A DNA stretch of 64,000 nucleotides, from assembly GCA_051047955.1 (NCBI GenBank), contig JBPGPT010000004.1:682001-746000 (forward strand). The letters run 5' to 3'. Source of the stretch: Cystobasidiomycetes sp. EMM_F5 (lineage: Eukaryota). The notes beneath the pieces were generated by a model, which was not told where the DNA came from, did no database searches, and saw nothing but the letters and a program-made list of their open reading frames with translations. The position numbers were made by a program, and so were the translations under genes. The first letter of the stretch is position 1; each line of letters begins with the position of its first letter. Shown here piece after piece: positions 35,686 to 47,528 of the stretch.

Positions 35686-38175
35686 ATGAACGGTCCTCAC
35701 GGCATGCCCCACGGGGCTTATGACCCTCATGGGTCACACCTTTATGGTCACTGCCAATCGCATCCTGGTGCCATGATGGGTCACCACCATCATCATCAAG
35801 AGAGCCTTCACGAGACGTATGTGCCATCTGACATGCAGGTCTCGCGCGTGGATTTCTCCACTCCATATCGCCTGCCTTTTCCGCAACAGCAGCCCGCACA
35901 GTCAGTTGAGCCCTGCCATCAGAGGCACCTTGAGGATGCTCGTGCTCACCTTGATCGTTTATTCAGCGGTCTTGGAGCTCCCTTGCGGTATGCTCGTCAA
36001 CACCAGCAGCATTTGCAGCATCAGCAGTCGCAAGCCAACGTTCCCATGTCATACTTACCTGCGCCCTCTTTTGAGTGGCTGCAGCATCAGCATCATCTGA
36101 TGTCGTATCCTCGTGCATACGCTGGCGCTGTGGAATCTGACATGTCACAGGTCCCTCATGCTGGACCACAGGACATGATGCATCACACCGTTAGTACCAC
36201 TCCGCGAGGTGCGCACACGACAGAGGCTTATCATTGGATTGCGCAGCGCGGCGACAGTATTGGCTTGCAGATGGCGTATCAGTATCAAGCGGGGCCATAT
36301 CATGTCGACAATACCGCTTGGCAGACGTCCCTGTTACCGCCCCAAGCAGACTTTGCGTATGCCTTTCAGCAAGATTTCAAGGGTGACGTTCTTCGACAGG
36401 ACTTTGTCGCGTCTGAGCAAACCTGCGACTATCCAGCCTGGGCATCTGCGGAACCTGTCTTTGAAGCTCCGGTGGGCATGAGCTATTCAATGCAAGGCGC
36501 CTCAAAAGCACTCAACATGTCATCACAGGATATGACCAAGGTGGTGTACGAGGACAACGACCATCCATCGTTTGCAAAGCCACCACACCGCGCTTCTTCT
36601 TCATCTCGAGCTGCCGGTAACGCGGCTGTTGCGCATGCACCATACCTGGCAGCAGATCCTGGCATGCCTTCCGCGGACGCTGAGATGCTTCAAGGACCGG
36701 AGGTAATTGCTCCAGATGCATCTGCTATTCCCGCACCGCCATCCATCGAGAAGAGTGCCTATCCGCTCGCCGCTTTGGCGACCCAACTCGTTTGGGACGC
36801 TTTCATTGCGTCTTCGCAGACAGGCGACATCCCTGCCATTGAATCTAGTCCAGTTCGACCCGGCTTTTCGACGCCCGGGAACGCTTCCCCTGTATCCCTG
36901 CGCGGGAGAAATCTATACATTGATAATTCGGCTATATATGGCCGTATGGGCTCCCAGACTGGAACTGCTGCCTCTTCCGCTGTATGCACTCCGCAGTCTG
37001 CGCGGATGTATACGTCGGCTTCCGCATCGCCATATGTCCGTCGCGCCGATGGCCCTCGGGGCTCGATGCAAGGCTTGGATACTCTGTCTTCACAGTCGCG
37101 CGGTGCGTACGGCGCAATTGGCGGAGAACGCAAACCTTCCCGCATGCACAAGGACTATAGCCCCAGCAGCGACGATAGCAGCCCTGCAAGTAGCGCCCCA
37201 GGCACACCCAATCACGATGTCGTCGCAACTGGATGGAATCAAATGGCTGGAGCTAGTATAGTCTATGGAGTCGATGACGAAGCAAGCAGCATGCTCCCGT
37301 ACGTGTTTGGGAAGGAGGGTACACCCTTGTTGCACCCGAGCGTCACCGGCCAGCCTACAACCGTACATCACCAGATTCGATCTGGCAACTCTGCCCCGCA
37401 ATTACCGCCAATGGCACTGTACGATCAGATACAGAAGTTCCTAGCGGCCACTTTATTGTCACCGCAGGTACTGCTTCTCGCACTACATCTTATTAGTAAG
37501 CTGCCGTATTCGTCAGTCCTCTACCCGCCAGCTACATCACCCAGCGCTCTCAAATCCACATCAGCTCCGTTCAAGCTGCTCATTGCTGCACTGGTCGTAG
37601 CTAACAAGCATCTTGACGACAACTCGTTCCGTAGTTCCACCTTCGCACAAGTCTCAAACATCAATTTGAACGAGATTAATGCGTTGGAATACTCGCTACT
37701 TTCAGGTCTAAGCTTCAACGTCAACATTGAAACGGCTGTCTGGCTGCAATGGCTGCATAAACTGGAGTATTCGCAACCTCCGGTATTTACCAGTGACCAA
37801 GTATCGGTCGCTTCGATTATCACACCGATGATCGAAGGTGTGTATGCTCAGCAGCAAGAGCTGGATATGTCAAGACGCCTAGGCAAGCATCCCGTAACAT
37901 TGTCGTGCGCACTCTTAACGGCTTCTTCCAAGGTCGAGGGTACACATACTCGAACCCCTCAACGCACTTCGGCTGCCAGGAACCAGATATGGTCTCCACA
38001 ATCACCTGGAAGCGACGGTTCCGTTACGGACGCGTTCGATCTGGATGCAGCCGGTCCATTGGAACAGCGCCCTCGCTATTCTGCACACCTTCCTCAGAAT
38101 CCTGCAATGCTGCCGATTTTCACAGGTCATCCCACTCAACCTTACCATCGTTTCCATGTGCCGTTAGTGGCGTAA
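35686..38175 (+). CDS. Pho85/Pcl-family cyclin-like protein (Clg1-like), intronless, long Q/H/S-rich N-terminus
   Basis: C-terminal cyclin box: IQKFLAATLLSPQVLLLALHLISKL..LLIAALVVANKHLDDNSFRSSTFAQVSNINLNEINALEYSLLSGLSFNV. First ATG at 35686. Confidence 0.85.
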   Translation: MNGPHGMPHGAYDPHGSHLYGHCQSHPGAMMGHHHHHQESLHETYVPSDMQVSRVDFSTPYRLPFPQQQPAQSVEPCHQRHLEDARAHLDRLFSGLGAPLRYARQHQQHLQHQQSQANVPMSYLPAPSFEWLQHQHHLMSYPRAYAGAVESDMSQVPHAGPQDMMHHTVSTTPRGAHTTEAYHWIAQRGDSIGLQMAYQYQAGPYHVDNTAWQTSLLPPQADFAYAFQQDFKGDVLRQDFVASEQTCDYPAWASAEPVFEAPVGMSYSMQGASKALNMSSQDMTKVVYEDNDHPSFAKPPHRASSSSRAAGNAAVAHAPYLAADPGMPSADAEMLQGPEVIAPDASAIPAPPSIEKSAYPLAALATQLVWDAFIASSQTGDIPAIESSPVRPGFSTPGNASPVSLRGRNLYIDNSAIYGRMGSQTGTAASSAVCTPQSARMYTSASASPYVRRADGPRGSMQGLDTLSSQSRGAYGAIGGERKPSRMHKDYSPSSDDSSPASSAPGTPNHDVVATGWNQMAGASIVYGVDDEASSMLPYVFGKEGTPLLHPSVTGQPTTVHHQIRSGNSAPQLPPMALYDQIQKFLAATLLSPQVLLLALHLISKLPYSSVLYPPATSPSALKSTSAPFKLLIAALVVANKHLDDNSFRSSTFAQVSNINLNEINALEYSLLSGLSFNVNIETAVWLQWLHKLEYSQPPVFTSDQVSVASIITPMIEGVYAQQQELDMSRRLGKHPVTLSCALLTASSKVEGTHTRTPQRTSAARNQIWSPQSPGSDGSVTDAFDLDAAGPLEQRPRYSAHLPQNPAMLPIFTGHPTQPYHRFHVPLVA

Positions 38176-38606
38176 GCGCAATAGCGATGTCGCATCTGCT
38201 CTTCATACTGGAAACAGCGTGTCGCGCTGCCCACGTCATAGCAGCTTCGTCGTGTGCGTTATGCGATTCGTTTACAAGTGCTTCGCATGTCAACATAGTT
38301 TAAGGACGTTGTGTCATATCGCAAACACCTGTTATACGCGCCCTCGCGTCTCTGAATTTGATCATAGGGCTTGTTAAAGTAAATGGCGACTTTTTCTCCA
38401 TTGTGCAACTGGCAAACCCACCGCAAACCATTATATTTTGTCATATCTCGCACGTGGCCATCAACTACGTTTCATACATTCAATTCGTCTCCACTGCACC
38501 TCGAAGGCACTGGAGTTTCCCGAAGACCCTTTCCTCTATATACACCCAAATCTAACCGCTTGCGAGCAAAGTCTCAGAACGCAGCGGAAATGGCCATAAG
38601 CCTAAT

Positions 38607-41600
38607 CTATTGTTGTTGATAGTACGCGTTATATGTAGACGAAGCAGATCCCCCGTCCGCAGGCGCGCTCGATGGACTCGAATAAAATTGCTGAAATGAC
38701 TGCATATCGAATTGGTGCTGTCCTTGTGCCGGAAAAGCAATCGGTTGGCTCAGCGTTACGAAATTCGTTTGCTGAGCTGGTGCGCTGGCTGGGGCTGGCA
38801 TGTACACAACGTGCGTCGGTTGAGCAGGCGCCATGGGGGCAGTGTATGCATGCGTCCCATTGATCAAGTCATGCAGTGCCTGATCGTAACTATCTGCACT
38901 CGTCGCATTCATGTATTGTGGCTGACTGCCGTGCGGCATCGGCGGCGTTGCACCCGGACTGACTTGCAAGTACGGAGAGACTTGCGGTGGATCATAACCA
39001 ACATAGGGAGAATGTGACTGGCGAACAGGGGGAAGTTGCTGATATGTAGAAGCGTGCAATATGGCAGCCTCGAGCGGATGTGTCGAATTTCTGTGAACGT
39101 ATTGTGGAGGCTGCGGAGCGCTCAGCGGTACTGCTGGCTGCCTAGTAGCAGGACTGGCACTCAGTGGCATGACGCCAGAATATGGGTTGTACCTCTCAGA
39201 CCCATTGCTCGCTGCCGATGGCGAATATGCCGAGGGAGCTGCTGACGGTACAGAAAACACAGGCTGCGATGCCGACCCGCTAGAATGCCAAGACCTGGCT
39301 GGTGAAGGTTGCGAGCCTTCGGCGGTCTGCACAGCACGATGTCTCTTCTCGCTCGGAGCAGCATCTTGAGTAGGTGGGAAGTAAGTGCCAGCATTGCTTT
39401 CGCGCACGCGCTTGCCGCTAGACGTTGACGACGCAGCAAAAGGTGAAGGGAGCGGTGGGGAGACCAGGCCGTCAGCCCTCTTGAGCAAGAAGTTCAATAC
39501 GCTTGATCCGTTACTAGCCAGCTTGGAACGATCCTTATTCCTTTCGAGTAGCATGATCACGTCCCGCACCTGTTTATGGCTGTCAGTGTACACGCCAACG
39601 AAGCGAAAAGTCTCAAGACGTACGTCGCTGCGAAGGTCGCCTGCTTCTGCAGAATCGGGGAAAGTCATCAGATCCATACAGAGCACGCAACTAGAGCCGA
39701 TAGTCTTGAAAGTGAGTCCTCCGTAGTTGCATTCTGCTAACTCTCGGAATATGCCGATTATCGACTGTAGTCACACATCAGTACATGCTCGAAAGACATC
39801 TAGAAAGTTCACAGCTTACTCTTGCCGCGTGCAGACAGGTCGACCGAGAATTCGCGTTTTGCGTGCCTGATGCAACGAATGGCCGGTGCCTGGCTTTGAA
39901 CGTCAGCCCAATAGCTTGACAGAAGTCTAAGCGACTCACAATCGAAGGTACTCCTGAAGGACAGCCAGGTTCACCATGAGCCCGCGGAGATGATCTATTG
40001 GCGATGTTCCAGGAGGACTTCTCATCTTCCCGCCTTCTAACTTCAGCTTGTAGCAGGGATTGAACGACGCCTCTAAATTTCGCAGCTTCGCGTCCAGCTT
40101 GATTACAGTCTCATACGGAACAGACTGTATGCTGAACGCTTCTTCGGTAATTTCTTTCGACAGGATTGCCGTTTTCATTCGGAGTATGACGGATGTCATA
40201 TTTGTCTCGGTTGTATTCAATCGGTCTGGTCGTAGATATCCGGCTGATGTAAATGCGTTCTCCTCAACGTCGAGCGGCAACGCTGTGTCGCAGTGCTTTA
40301 GATGGAAAAGGGACCTGTACGTGGAGCATTTCAGCCGTCGACGTCGAACATTTTATGGGAAGAGAAGGCAGCGAGCCCACCATGTTTTGCCGAGGGATGC
40401 TCCGGCTGTAGCCTCGACCGTGACCGTCCACCAAAATGTCAGTCTCCGCACGTTGGCTTCGAACGGGTTGAACAATGCCGGGTCTGGATCTCGATGCAGA
40501 CCAAGCTGTAAGACTGCCTCGGCCGCCAAGTTCTGTATGGCGAATCCAGTCGAGCTGGAGCTACAGTTATGAATTGTTCTGTCAGCAACCAATGAAAAGA
40601 ACGTTGATGGCTCGAGACATACTCTCCCGGTGATAAATAAATATGCCTAGCGCAATATGCATGAGTTACATGCCCTACGCTGGAAGTACCAAACTCACCA
40701 AGCGCTCAGCAGCTGCATCGCATGGATGCCATTGAGTGTGGGAGCTGCAGAGTTATTGCGGTGATCAGTCTTATCGCAAGGCGTAGTGTGCGTGATTCTT
40801 ACAATCCAAGAAGCGTGCGACCGTCAAAGCGCTCGCCGAGGCGTCAAACCACTGATTGACAAGATCTAATCTGCTTGGGCCGGCAGGAAAGTCCATGGCT
40901 CGCTTTTCGGGCAAAAAGTACAAACCGATGCCGCACACTGCCAAAAAGACACTCAAGAAAGAGCTATCGATGCTGTTGACGTCTGCTGTCCGAAGCCTGG
41001 ATAAAGACAAATCATATCAGCTTACATCGCATGATTACCCGAAATATAACCCGTACTGCTCCCACTGCGAATTAAAGGTCGTCCAGGGAAAGAAGTTTAT
41101 GTACCATGCTACTGCCACGAAGAAGTATCAGGTCTCTTCACAAACCGAAGTCTGACTGCAGATACTTACTTTGCTTCTCAAAACAGGTAATCACAGTCTT
41201 TGCTTGGGTATAACTTGGCAACATTGCCATAATCTTCTCTATAGTATCGGGCGTAGTCGGAAATGGAAACGTTCCCAAGCAAGTCGATGGTTTCGGAGGT
41301 GTTACTGGGCCCATTGCAGCTTTGACCTGATCGTGCGTCTTCATGTCAGCTCCTACGGCCCTCTCGATAATGTGTGGCACTTACTTCAGAGACGATAGGA
41401 GCATGGTGAGGTTGCTGTCCATCCATTCGCAAAACGCCAGTCACGGTAAGCTGGCCCAAAGCCTCACAAATATCTAAAGACTTTAGGTGAACCTTATTTC
41501 CTGCTGCATCAGCACCATCAGATGCCAATGGGTGGCCTGAAGCACCAAATTCCGTCGCGATGGGAGAAGGCTCCCCGATGCTCGATGGCGGACCGACTTC

Positions 41601-42255
41601 TGAATTCACGTGCGAGGTTGGTGGTGTTTGCATTGCACCGTTTAGACGGTTTAAGAGGTGTGCAGGCGCGCCTCGTACTGATGATGCGGATACATCCGAC
41701 GAGCCAAGCTGAGATGTATTCGCACTGGTAGCGTTTTTGCTCAGAGTGTCAACGAGTGCCTGTAAGCGATCAATCTGCGCCTTCAGCTCTCCGGCAGTTT
41801 CGTTTATCTGAGGCACGTGTCTAGTTTACGTTCGGAGTCAATCCTACTCGACATTTGCACCTCAGAATTACCAAACTTACAACGGAGCCGCGCCATCAGC
41901 ATAGATGCATTCGTGCTGGGCGCCACGTTGACGACAAGTATCGCACGGGAGCCTGGACATCATTGACAATTCAGACCCCATATCATGAATGAAACGAGTA
42001 AGTCACGTACAGACGATCACAGCGCATCTTCTTCTTGCGACAGGGTTCGCACGATGCAGGTTTTCGTACCCGCGTCCGTTTGACTTTGGATGATGACGAT
42101 CCCTCATCTGGGGTGAAGGTGGAGTAGCCGGTTTCAAAATTACCATTGCGACCGTAAGCCCCCTCTCCCAGACCTAGAGATGCAAACAGGCCGTCCTTTG
42201 AGTCTTCAATCGACCCATCCTCGCTGGAGTGGTGGTGAGGAAGGAAGCCCGACAT
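38607..42255 (-). CDS. Zn(II)2Cys6 transcription factor with fungal-specific TF middle domain, multi-exon
   Basis: ASCEPCRKKKMRCDR|LPCDTCRQRGAQHECIY, middle-domain motif LGLHRDP..FEANVRRLTFW, Q/P/S-rich C-terminus. Confidence 0.9.
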
Positions 42256-43438
42256 TTGCCCATGAATTGTAGGTTCGCAAGGAGACGGAGTGCGGAAGCT
42301 ACGCAGGTTATTGTTGACCAGTTTGAAACTGTGCCCAGTGCTCGTAGAGGTATAGCCGCGGGCTGTGCCAGATGTTTACGATGTATGACAAATATCCTAC
42401 ACCGCGTTTTTTGTGCCTGAATATGACAGGCGGTGAGTGATCAATGGATTGTGTGGAGAAAGCTGCAAGGCGATACAGCTCGGCCAATGGTTTCTATATC
42501 GAGGGGTTTGTTACCGGGTGAAGTAAACACCTTGCAGAAGCGAAAGATGGCAGCGGGGTCTGTGCGGTCGTTTGCTGAAAGACGATGCCCGTTGTTGAAA
42601 CGCACCGGGGATCGAGAATGTGGAAATTTTACGTGTTCTACGTTAGTCAGTCGGTAGGGGTGATTGCTGTTCCAAAGCCGGAACCTCGTCCGCTTTTCGT
42701 CGTTATCAAGAGATTTGGTTGAGTGTGTTTTATCGCAATGCGTTCGTACACGAACCCGGCGGAGAATCTGCTGTACACGAGGAGGACATCAGCAACGCCA
42801 ACACGACACACAGAGAGTAGAAGCCGGGCGAAATGCACCACAAGATTCAGAATGCTTTCTGCTCCAAGATGTCCTCACCGAATGTTCGCTGGGCGGAACA
42901 GCAAAGCGGCAGCTTCTCGCAAACACCGTGCGGGAGCAGGACTTCTCTTATCCGTCGACGACCTGCACCACGGTCACCTCTTAGTCTGCAGGCTGGTCTT
43001 GCCCGATTCTGTAGAGCTCTAATTTCTCCAAAATGCTCCGTAGGCGGCAATGCGGGTTCCGAGATAGTGGCTGGCCGTGGGTGCCCACGGTAATGAGCCC
43101 GGGACAGGCTCTTGACGCTGAGGCAACTGTTTGCGACGTAGGCTGTGTGCCGCTTTCCCGTTGGCTCCAGCTTGACCAGCGGCCAGAATATATCGGAATC
43201 CAGAGTCCAGCTGACTGCCGTATTTCCGTGCAAGCCGAAGTCGCTCGAAATACTACTGCAAGGGCACAATGCACAAGTTTGTTATTGTAGCAGGGTGCAA
43301 TCGTGTAGTGCTGCCTTGACTGGGTTGACTGGAGCAGCCATCTTCACAGACAGACATGGGTTTGACAGCACGCTTGGTTTGTGTACTTCATTCCCCGCAA
43401 TTTAGCCATACAACACAGTCACAGCCGCCAAGCGCCCG

Positions 43439-44374
43439 CTAATCCTGCTCCTTGTTGAGCCAATCGATGCCGTTGCGCGTCTTGGCCTCGAGGCTCTTGT
43501 ACCACATCTGGCACAAATTCGTCAGGGCAGACTGTGCCGACGGATCCTGGAGAATAGCCTGTAGCGAGCTATGGCTTGGGGCATTCTGCGCAAACGAAGC
43601 AATGTAGTTGAGAAAGTTCTTGGCGCACTTTGCAGCAATGACGAGTCGGTCGCTTGAAGCAGCGTCCGTCTTTGGATGGATCACCATCGTCCCATTGTTG
43701 GAGGGCAGCGAACTTGCGACACTCGCAGCCTGTGCCTCCACTACTTGTAGCGTCTCGCACATGATACCGATGTGCGCAGTAGTGTTGGCCTCCTGTGAGG
43801 ACAGACCAGCAGTGCCCTTCAGCTTGAAGATCGCAGAGGGTTTCTCATTCTTGAGGCTGATGCACGCGATGCGGGAAGCATAAGAGTCAGTCGCGGGTTG
43901 AAAGAACACACATCCCCAGCCTTACATGCCCAACAATTGCCAGTCGGGCTTGTTGGCCCACTGCAAATGAACGCTAGCGGCGTATCCATCCGGGAAAGGT
44001 ACTGGTTTAGATTACGCGCATCTTTCAGCTGTGAGCAGAGACCCCAACTTGATGTCGCGCCTCACCAGCTCCGGTCAAGAAGACAACGATATGGCTGTGT
44101 GGGGCGGGTCAGAACAAGATTTCGTTACGGTATGCATCGTCCGTCGCTCACCTGCGCAACACATGCATCCAGTCAGCCTTTCATTCTCAATATGTCTAGT
44201 CTCGCTTTCGCTTGCTTGATGGCGTCGGCCTGCGGTATCGTAAAGGCATATCGAGTCTGGTCAATCTGCTGGACGTCGGTCTGGGCTATGAAGGTCAGCT
44301 CAAACGCGCTCCTTAGTCTAACCGCTCTATGCACTCACCTGCACCAGCCGACCAGCTACTATCAGCCCAAACAT
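43439..44374 (-). CDS. OPI10: Hikeshi/Opi10 (DUF775) Hsp70 nuclear import carrier, multi-exon
   Basis: Spliced: MFGLIVAGRLVQ|TDVQQID..DAIN|HIVVFLTGA|VPFPDGYAASVHLQW..WQLLGI|LKNEKPSAIFKL..AHIGIMCE..NFLNYIASF..WYKSLEAK. Confidence 0.92.
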
Positions 44375-44551
44375 TGGAAAGTGGGCATGTATGCAAGCGC
44401 AAAGGTGCATGAATGACCGTTTGGCATGACGGGACTGCCCCCACATTGACACTTCACTCGTCGTCTCTTACACTGCAATCATCTACCACAACTACTGCTC
44501 TACACACTTTCTGGCTGCGACTAACGTAAGCGCCCATTCTATCGCCTAAAC

Positions 44552-46569
44552 TCACGGTATCCGATTCGTGTCATTCATTGAACGCTGTTTCGACAACAGC
44601 GGTTTTGTCTCTCGACTCTGCCCTGAAGATGATATTGACGTAGTGCGCGTCAATGCTGGAATACTGTTCATGCCGAAATAGCCGTCGAGGGGAGTGTTCT
44701 TCCCAGATGACTGGCAGCCATCACCCAAAGGGGAGGGCGAGAAGACAAGCTCGGGTAGCTGAATGTGAGGGACTTGCATCGGTGTATATCGTTGCGCCTG
44801 AGGCAACGGAGTGGAGACCAGACTCGGTACCAGCACGTCGCCGACGTTGAGCACAATCTGCAGAGAGCGTACGCCCCGCCGAGCCGACAGCGGTGCTCCA
44901 GTTGCTGCCGTCGAAGTTTCGACTGTGAATTGTGGTTCATTGTGCGCTTCTTCTGGTCCGGCTTTCGATGCAGCTGCAGAAGCAGACTTGCTGCGGGCAT
45001 TGCGAAGGATGTTGACGCCTCGACGAAGAAATAAGGCCGAGGCGATACAGCCGAATCTGCAGTCAATCGGAAATCTGTATTAGAGGCGAGCTCAAATGTT
45101 TCTCGTCTCTTGCATGCTTACCCTGTGGACAATCCCAGTTCGCCCAATATCGTGATGGGTCCTGCTCTCGGATCGCTCAAAATTCTATAACCCATGGCTG
45201 CCTTGGTCGTCGCGAGCGCGCTGAACGTACATCACCAAAGTCAATACGATCTATGTACCTTCGTGAAGTAGTAGCACTCACCACCAGCACAGAGTGAAAA
45301 TGGAGAATGTCAACATTTCCAGCCACACTAAACGGCTGTTGCGTCGCAGTAGTTCGCGTCGAGAAATGGATCGGTGCAGACCAGCGGGAAAACCGACGCT
45401 TTCTGCGGCTGAGATTGATTTCCGCTGCACAGTGCGGATTAGACTGTCATATAAACTAGACCGGCGATCCGGCAGATCATGAGCTTCCCGCCATACAGGT
45501 TCCAGTACTTTCTCTTGACGCGCGACTGGCGAGCCAGCGAGCACATTGTTGGATTCCTTCTGTTTGCCCAGCAGCGATAGCAGTAATGACCCATATATGG
45601 CGTATACGACCCAGCACAAGCCATAAGCAATTGCCCACATTCCCCAAGATGCTTGGTAGAAGGCAGAAGCAATGTCGAATGCCGCATTAAGCGCATCTGT
45701 AGCTTCCGTTATCAGAGGGTCCCCTGGACTGAGGTGCATTTCTCGACCGGCTGTCAGGAAGCTATCAGCCAAAGGCTTCTTGTGCTTGTTTTCCAAACAC
45801 ACCTGCAATTGCTGCGAGAGCGTTGACCCTGCTTTGCATGTCAGGCCAAACATTGACCACGGCCATTTGCGCCGCAAACAAGAGTACCGGAGGTACCCAG
45901 CAGACTAGATTGAGGGTGATTGGCTTCAGGCGGAAGAAGCGTGTAACAGCGCATGTAGTGTTTGGAGTCAGGTGCCAGGCGAAGGCATTGGCGAATGCGC
46001 TCAGCCAGGCTGTGGCCAGACAAGCACGTAGGTCAGCCTCGACCCGACATGAAGCCTGACTTTGGACGGCCTCACCCCACAGTAGCAGCGGCATCGGCAG
46101 GAGTAAAGAAAGCTGTCCATACGGAAATATCATTAGATGCGGTAGCAATAATGTGTTTTTCTACAAGTGACACGAACCCTCTGGATAGAAGCTCTGCTGG
46201 TACCGGATCGTAGGTAGATTCCCAGCACAACCTCGCATGCTATTGAGATAATAGCAAAGATAGTAATCATTGCTGGTGCCAGCACAGGACTGTGTGGCAG
46301 AAAATATGTGCCATCGCGTCGCTCGAGTCGCTTGACTAGAATGCGTTGATCGGGTCTGGCCAGTTGCACAGCGAGACTCGCTAGCGAAAGTAACTGGAGA
46401 TAGTCCACATTCAGCTGCTATACACTCAAGCTGTTTGTAGTCTGTCACTCACGACTGCGAAAGCACTAAGGCCAATCAAGACGTTGTTGCCAAGCATGAT
46501 GCCATGATTGAAGTTCTCTACGCCGTCCTGGAGGACGGTCGGATTATTGGGCGAATCCTTGTCTGACAT
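44552..46569 (-). CDS. Hypothetical multi-pass membrane protein, multi-exon
   Basis: Several hydrophobic segments (AMITIFAIISIACEVVLGIY, LNLVCWVPPVLLFAAQMAVV, WAIAYGLCWVVYAIYGSLLL, LVWLEMLTFSIFTLCW) joined by GT-AG introns, then a Ser/Pro-rich tail. No family recognised. Confidence 0.6.
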
Positions 46570-47528
46570 GTGCTGCTATGTCATAACCGCTTTTCTCTAT
46601 CCAGAACGGCAGCAATCAGACAGTTGAATCGACAATCGACGTAAGGACAAGAACTGTCGCCGAAGATTATGCCCATGTCGGCTTACAGATTTCGCTTTGA
46701 TAATAGTGGAGGGTTGCCATGTGTCTGCTTGTTGCAAAAAGATCACGCTTCCTCGCCGTCTTATAGGACGGCGGCGTGATTTGTTTAGCTGCATATGAAG
46801 CCTTTTCGGCCCCGAACTTCCTTAATTGAGCGTCAGCTTCAGCGAGGAATGCATAGATGTTTGAAGTCTGGCCGGCCGTTCCGAGGATCCAGCCAGGCCA
46901 ATTCAGCTGATGACCTGACGATGACCTCCTTGTACCAGACACGACCATCGGTCTGCCCAGCTTGGTCACTTCGACATCCATTTCCGGACAAGGCCTGCCC
47001 CGCCTAGCATATGCATGATCGGTGGCAAGGATGAGCCAGGCCAGCAGGCAGCGTTAGTTAGAGACAGTCAGTGGTGAAGGACGCAGCATCAGCATCTCTG
47101 CAATGTCTGCATACTCTGGACGTCAGCTCAAAGTGCCGTATGTTCTTCAGTCTCCGGCTGGATCCGCTGCAGGGAGCAGGCTGTCAAAGTGATCATTGCC
47201 CCAGCGCGCGCGAATAAGAAGATGTCCGACAAGCTGCAGCCGTGCTGATGATTGAACACTTCTGACGCAGCTAACGTCCCCTTGATCCTTCTGTTGACGT
47301 GCTCTCGCGCATAGGCCATCCGGTTTTGCGAGGGCTTTTGTGCGCCTTGACAAGGCCCATGCACTGACATCTTGACAGCTTTTGTGTACTGAAAAGGAGC
47401 CATACTGACGGGTTTCCTGCGCCGTTTGAGCAGAGAACGAGCGAGCTGAGTATCTTGTGACCATACTCTTCCCTTACTCTGGCATAGTCCGCTGGAGCAG
47501 TCACAACTAGGGTTGCAGGCGATACAGT

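Noticed and set aside
46667..47404. Minus-strand ORF fragments with intron-like signals upstream of PRM1
   Set aside because: No coherent gene model or homology is recognisable. A small gene cannot be excluded.
46600..47528. Pheromone-response element (ACAAAGGGA type) upstream of PRM1
   Set aside because: No exact match was seen on either strand by eye.
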